Assembly: GCF_009914755.1 (NCBI RefSeq) | Contig: NC_060938.1 | Origin: the human T2T-CHM13v2.0 reference genome, Homo sapiens | Reading direction: 5' to 3' (one strand) | Length of the DNA stretch: 64,000 nucleotides | Shown here: in pieces, positions 57,771-64,000 of the stretch | How the letters are laid out: each line of letters starts with the position of its first letter | How positions within the stretch are numbered: position 1 is the stretch's first letter | Position numbers and translations under genes: made by a program | Notes under the pieces: generated by a model | What the model saw: the letters and a program-made list of their open reading frames with translations, nothing else | Database searches by the model: none | What the model was told of the DNA's origin: nothing

Positions 57771-58502
57771 GAAATCTCTCCAGATGCATTTGTTCCTAGT
57801 AGTCTGCATCCATTTCCTTCAGGAGACAAGGTGGTTGATTGAAACACAGAGGACTCCGTGCCCTCAGAGCTGAACCCGGGAATGGCACCACGCTCGGAGC
57901 GGTGATCTGGGCACCTGTGCTCCAGCCCGTAGCAGTGATGAGCAACAGAGGAGGGACCAGTTGCCCACCCAGGATCCACCTCCACCTGCAGTGCTTGCAC
58001 CCAAACCACAGGGGCCCCCGCTGTCTGGGATGCCCCCACCCTCCAGGCTGCGGCTCCAGACTGCAGAGGAGAGCCCGGCCAGGCTCCCGGGAGAACCTCG
58101 GGCCGCATCTCCACACAGGACACAAAGTCTTTGTCCCTCCATCCTCAGAGCAAGGGGGACAGCTGGTTTACTCTCCACGAACTTAGTTAGGAGTTAAGCA
58201 GATTTCATGAAGGCACCGTGATAATATTACCAATGCTCATGGCTTGGGGTAATTGTGTCAAGGCCAATTTAACAGTATTTGCCGCAGAATCATCCTTAAC
58301 TTTCAGGCTGTGAATTGGCTGTTGATCTACATAACAATCTGAGAACTTAGTGAGGTGTTTTGGGATTCTGATGGGCCTGTCGGAACACAGAACCATTTTT
58401 GAAATATTTTATTTTATCCAGTTTCTACAAGTAGAACTTTTAAACCATGGATTTAAGATTAAGAAGAGGCTGACTGCAAGCTCATAACAAATAGAACATC
58501 GA

Positions 58503-58800
58503 GGCTGGGCAGGGTGGCTCACATCCATAATCCCAGCACTTTGGGAGGCAGAGGCGGGAAGATTCCTCGAGTCCAGGAGTTCAAGAGCAGCCTGGGCAAC
58601 ATGGCGAAACCCCAGCTCTACCAAAAAAAAAAAAAGGAAAAATTAGCCAGGCGTGGTGGAGCTGCAGTGGGAGGATCACTTGAGCCCAGGAGGCAGAAGA
58701 TACAGGGAGCCAAGATGGCACCACTGCACTCCAGCCCTGGGGACAGAGTAAGACCCTGTCTCCAAAACAAAAAACAAAAGAACCAAAACAAACAAAACAC
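58503..58800 (+). mobile_element. AluJ-like element
   Basis: Two arms with internal deletion, TSD CAAATAGAACAT. Confidence 0.88.
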
Positions 58801-59989
58801 CCACAGAGGATCCTCCCGCCCCCCAAGCCCAAATAGAACATTGAAGTCAGCGTGAGGTCTCTGCGTTTGGTCTGCTTAGTGGCTTAGTCTGATGAGGCTG
58901 TTCTTAGTTCTGTCGTTCAGAACTATGTCTGGGCTAAGAATCCAGGAAGGCGTGGCTTGGTCCACTGCGTCCCTTCGTGGTGATGGGGGCAGAAGACCTG
59001 GGCAGCCTGTGTCCCGAGCCCACTCCCCACATCTCAGTGGCTGAGGACAGAGTCCTTGGAGGGTCCTTGCGTATTTCCTGTTGAAAGATTCCACTTCCGA
59101 TCTGTAGCTTGAAGTGCAGGTCCTCAAGGTAAGCTCGAGGGAAAAGCAGAAACCACCTGTTGATGATGGGCACCCGAGTCATGAGTTACAGTCAGAGCCC
59201 CCAACGTTGGCAGGGACGAGGACGGGCCTGGAGACACAGCGTCAGCCTCAGCGCTTCCTCAGCGACGCCCCTGGGAGGGGACGCTGGAAGAACTGGCAGG
59301 TCACTAGATTCTCCCACAGAGCTGGTTTCATCATCACCAGGTGATAGGCACGTTAAACCCAGAACTGTTAACTGTTAACTAACTATAACTGTTAAATAAT
59401 ACCAGGCTTGTCTCTGAACAGCAGCGAGAGTGCACTTCCTCTGAGGGGCACACGAGAGTGAGACCCGCACATCCTGTGTTGCTTGACCGTCGGGACTGAC
59501 CAGGGACAGAGGACACTTAACTGGCCAAATTCCCTCCTTGCCATCAGCCACGGGGCAGTTCCCCAAAGCGCTAAAGCCTGGAGAACGCAAAGCACATCCA
59601 GTTACTTAAAAGCAGCCTTTGTTTCCTACAATGAGAGAATAAATCCTTGATGTAGTCCAGTGGCCACCCGGGAGTTCCCAGAAAGACACTGGCCTCGAAG
59701 AACTGTTTCTGTCTGTTTGCCTTGAATATGGGACAGACAAGATCAGAGCAGCGATGACGAGAGAATCGCGCACAACACTTAGAGTCTGGGGCCGAGGAAT
59801 GGCTCTGTTTACTCTTAACTATAAATAAATACACACACAAGTACGCACTTGGCTTTTTCAAAGTAAGACTTAAAAGGACTCAAGAATGTAACAAAGGACA
59901 AATATCTTCCCTGTTTTCTAAGAAACCAGCTTCAAGATCTGTCATAGTAACGGATATAAAAGATAAAACTCGCTTTTTATTTTCTCCCA

Positions 59990-60333
<344 letters not shown>

Positions 60334-61469
60334 TCATGAGCCTGAGACATCTCAAACCCATCCACACTGAGCAGCCTGTGTGATGTTAACACTGTTTTTT
60401 TTGCTCTTGTCAAACTTCTTTGCAGGAACTGAAGACCCCGGCAGACACATGTCACTTCCCCTCAGAATTGCTGCCCGGCTGAGCTCCCGGAACCCTGGAC
60501 CTGTCCTCTCTTCCTCTTCACTCAGGCCCAGCCTTGAGGACGAGCTTCTTCTCTTTTGGTTATTCCCAGAGCACGCTTGTTATCACACAAACACCATTTT
60601 CAGTTGCTCCATCTCTTCAAAAATAAGACTCTCCTGACAACACAGTACACTGAACAACCCTGAATGTCCTGTGCGGCCACGGCCACTCAGCCCTACCTGG
60701 GGAGGCAGGGCCCTGCCAGGGGGTGACCCAGAGTTTCCTGCTCTTGGGTCGTCCAGGAGGCGTCTGAAGAATGTTCTTAGGCTGCTAGTTACACATCAGT
60801 CCAAAGCCTCAGGGATGATGAGGATTTTGAAGCTATTCAGGCACCTGAGGCTGGGCTAAGACTCCCACTGTCACCTGTACCTACTTCCCTGTCACCAGGA
60901 GGGCCTGGCTCTGTCCCACGCACACCTGGTCTGCACACTCACCTGCAGGCAGGCCTGAGCTCCACCCGGGGCTGCTCCACTCCAGCCCGAAAGCCTCCCT
61001 AATGAGGGAGGTTGTTCAGTCTCACCTGGGGCTTGGGGGTGACCAGGTGGAAGGTTTTTGGGGGCATCTGCGCACCTGGTGAGATGGGCACGTGTTCTCC
61101 CTGAGAGCACAGCTCATGAGCAGCCAGGCGATTCAGGAGCAGACCTGTGTCAGATGGGATTTCAGGCCACTCCGGAGAGAAAGTCACCCCTGCCCTCGCC
61201 ATCATATACACACACTCCCCTCGCCCTGGGCAGCCTCTCAGCTGCTGGTCCTGACCCCCAGGGCTGCAGCAGTGACACCTCCTGCAGGGCCAGCCTGAGT
61301 TGAGGCAGGATCTGGGGCCTCCCCCAGAGCTCGACCCAGCCCACCCCTGCAGGAGAGGCCCCCGTGGGGCTGGAGCCATGTGAAGGGCCTGCTCCCTGGA
61401 GACCTCAGAGTGTCCAGAGGAAACAAAACTACACATAGGACTCCCAGAGGATCCGGCAGTCCCAGCACC

Positions 61470-62097
61470 GAGCATTATCAAAGGAAACGAGTCAGCACAC
61501 AGGGACGCCTGCACGTGTGTTCACTGCAGCACTGCTCGGTTGCTGAAATCCGCCTAAATAGGCGTCAACTGGAGAATGGATAAGGAGCGTGGTGCACACG
61601 ATGCAGGACCATTCAGCCATCAAGAGAAGGGAATCCTCTCATGCAGCCACATGGATGGAGCTGGAGGTCATGACGTGAAGTGAAATCAGCCAGGCACAGA
61701 AAGACAAAGCGCATGTCCTCATACTCACAGGGAGCTAACGTGGCTCTCAGGGAGGTAGAGAGTGGGGTGATGGTTGATACTGACATGAGGCTGGGAGGGC
61801 ATGTGGGTGGGAGGGGAGCGGATGGAGAGGATGCTTAATGGTACACACACAGGTACAGGGAAAGGCCTCACATTAACTGCTGTCACCGACTCTGCCATGG
61901 AACAACTATATTTACTGTATTCTCCAAAATAGCCAAAAGAGAAGATTTGCAGTGTTCCCACCACGTAGGGATGATGAGTGCTCCAGGTGAGGGATGTCCT
62001 GAACATTCCCACTTGATCACTACACATTTGATGCGCGTAACAGAATGTCATGGGTGCCCCATAGGTCTATATACCTATCAATGATAAAAAGGAAAAA
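61470..62097 (+). mobile_element. L1M(A/B) 3' end
   Basis: CATTCAGCCAT..ACATGGATGGAGCTGGAGGTCAT..GTGAAATCAGCCAGGCACAGAAAGACAAA..AAAATAGCCAAAAGAG..TTGATCACTACACATT, A-rich end. Confidence 0.85.
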
Positions 62098-63271
62098 GTG
62101 CCCTGGGACCCAGGCAGCCAATGACTCAGTGCTGGGCCTTGATCACAGCCACCACCTGGAGGGCGTTGGCCACAGGGGCCTGATGGGCTTGGCTGATGCA
62201 AAGGTTGTGCTCTGGTCCCCAAACCTCCCCCTGAGCAGAGCAGGCCGGCCAGGGTCACCCCACCTCTCACATGAGAAGGAGTTGTTGATACGGAGGCAGC
62301 CCCAGGCAGAGGGCAGACACCGCTGGGAGGGCCGGACCCCTACCCTGAAGTGCAGCCTTTGCAGGGATGAGCGGGACCCTCACAGACAGGGGAACCAGAG
62401 CTGCAGGAACAGAGGCCTGGACATCAAGGAGCCAGAACTGGACAACAGGGACTCAGCAGGGGCCCAGGAGACAGAATGGGCAAACAGAAGGAACAAAGGA
62501 GGGGAGGAGTCTGCACTAAGGGTGCTGGGGAGAGTTTGGGACAGAGGGAGCCACAAGATCGAAGACTTCCTGGAGGAGGTGGCACCCATCACAGGGAGGC
62601 CAGAGGAGCAGAAGGGGCAAAGGACAGACAGGAGGCTGGGAATGGATCCCAAGGGAGTGAGCCACAGGCAGGCCCCAGCACCAGTGAGGTCTGATTGCAG
62701 GAGCCACTGCAGGAGTCAGGAGAGAGACGAGGCCCGGCTGAGGCAGGAGGATGCAGGGGAGGGGGTGGGAGGGAGGGAAGAGCCTGGAGGAGGCAGCGTC
62801 CACTGGGGACAGTGACCAGGAGGCAGGCCCAGGGAAGGTCCCTCTCATTCATGAGGGTTTCAGGCCAGGAGACCCTACCTCCCTAAGCTCCACATGAAGC
62901 TGGGTCTGACACAGCCCCTCCCCTAGCAGGCAGGGGGCAAGGGGACAGCGGGGTCCCTGTCCAGAAGTCACCCAGGCCTACTGCTAGCTGGACTTGAGGC
63001 CTCTGTGTCCCCAGCAGGCAGACATGTGCTTGGGTCGGGGTGGAGCCTGCCTGAGCAGATATCCCCAGCCTACTCCATCCTTCTGGGCCTCCCGAGGCCA
63101 CAGGAGACACGACAGGTACCAAGTCCAGGGATGGGAGGGGTTTGGGACCCAGCACTGCCCCAGGTTGTGGCCCTGAGCAAGACATCAGGGCTCTGAGCCT
63201 CAGTGGCCCTCCCTGGGGTCAAGCAACTCTCATCTGCTTGGGCCCAAGTCCCACTGTGGTGCCCACAGCCC

Positions 63272-63317
63272 TCCAAGGGACAGTGTCTTCCAAGGGACAG
63301 TGTCTTCCAAGGGACAG
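63272..63317 (+). repeat. 17-bp tandem repeat, ~2.7 copies
   Basis: TCCAAGGGACAGTGTCT at 63272 and 63289, partial copy at 63306. Confidence 0.85.
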
Positions 63318-64000
63318 AGGGGCAGGGAATACAGGGTCCACTCCTCTCCCTCCCTTCCTCCTGCCCCACACCCTACCTGGGCGGCCACAGCCGCCCTGTC
63401 TCAGGCCCACAGTCCACACAGGACCCCCTTCTCTCATCTGCCCAAGGTGACCAGACCCCAGGAACAGGGTCACCTCTGCCTACTCCTAAGAGCACCTCAG
63501 GTCCCCAAGCAGGGCCAGGGCGCACCTGCTCTCCATCCCTGGCACACAGGCCCTGGCCTGCACACACAGGTGGTCCCCAGCTCTGTCCCTTCAGGTTCAT
63601 TACAGGGGACCCTAATCCTCTAGGCCAGCAGTGGGGGTGTTGCCATGCCCCCAACCCAGCAAGAAATGTGAGACCAGGACAGGCCATCCGGTCCCTGGGT
63701 AGAGGGCCTGCCTGGATGGCCTTCCCTCCCGCACCTGCCCCACTGCTGACTCACCTGGAAGGATCCAGAAGCATTGGTGGGAGGGCCTGGGGCCCCCAGG
63801 AGTTGGAGGGAAGGGGCCCAAGAGAGTGCCCGGAGTTGTTAGACTTAAGTGCTTAGCGTTTGTGGAGGGGATGGGACAGGGCCCTAACAGGGAGGGGTGG
63901 GGGGAACTTCTAGAGGGTACAGGGGCAGCAGGGCCAGGCGGCCCCGTGGGCAGGGACATAAGACTAAATTGCTACAAGTCAAAATGCGACCAGTCAACCC

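Larger units (their letters stand above)
54440..58080 (+). pseudogene. Putative Sec6/EXOC3-family (TNFAIP2/EXOC3L-like) fossil gene, unit 1
   Basis: 54440-54970: RLCQDPVRVRAGRAIQAPAQAWGALRAGAGDSSGHQGVARASASAGRPWL, RRALEV, DVQ, AQGPGEAVAS..AALARVLNR. Weak piece 56030-56235. 57823-58075 after acceptor TTTCCTTCAG: GDKVVD/ETQR/LRALRAEPGNGTTLGAVIWAPVLQPVAVM..RIHLHLQCL..DCRG. Compared by eye with remembered TNFAIP2/EXOC3/EXOC3L4 sequences. Confidence 0.45.

Noticed and set aside
62045-62815. 256-aa ORF
   Set aside because: It starts inside an L1 3'UTR, has purine-rich low-complexity composition and no recognisable domain beyond a very short Sec6-like word.

Overview
Primate (human-like) nuclear DNA, dense in Alu, ERV/LTR and L1 relics, with no intact protein-coding gene that I can support. 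Main contents: (1) a class I (HERV9/HUERS-P3-like) provirus with a HERV-K HML-1-like provirus nested in its pol, fused by a later deletion (1-9.8 kb); (2) an A-rich, possibly G-to-A edited MER4-group provirus remnant carrying a processed GCSH pseudogene (15-21 kb); (3) a ~2.4 kb CpG-island segment present as an inverted duplication (22.5-25.0 kb vs 52.8-55.2 kb) plus a third ~180 bp copy at 50.2 kb; (4) an intronless, triply frameshifted Rap/Ras-like GTPase pseudogene in a CpG island (41.4-41.95 kb); (5) the most interesting signal, a colinear series of decayed + strand exon relics from ~54.4 to ~62.2 kb that read like Sec6/EXOC3-family proteins (TNFAIP2/EXOC3L2/EXOC3L4), apparently one or two fossil genes, with an inverted partial copy at 22.8-23.3 kb. 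This combination matches my recollection of the TNFAIP2-EIF5 interval at 14q32.32. That locus assignment, all repeat subfamily names and all protein comparisons come from memory and visual alignment and need database confirmation.
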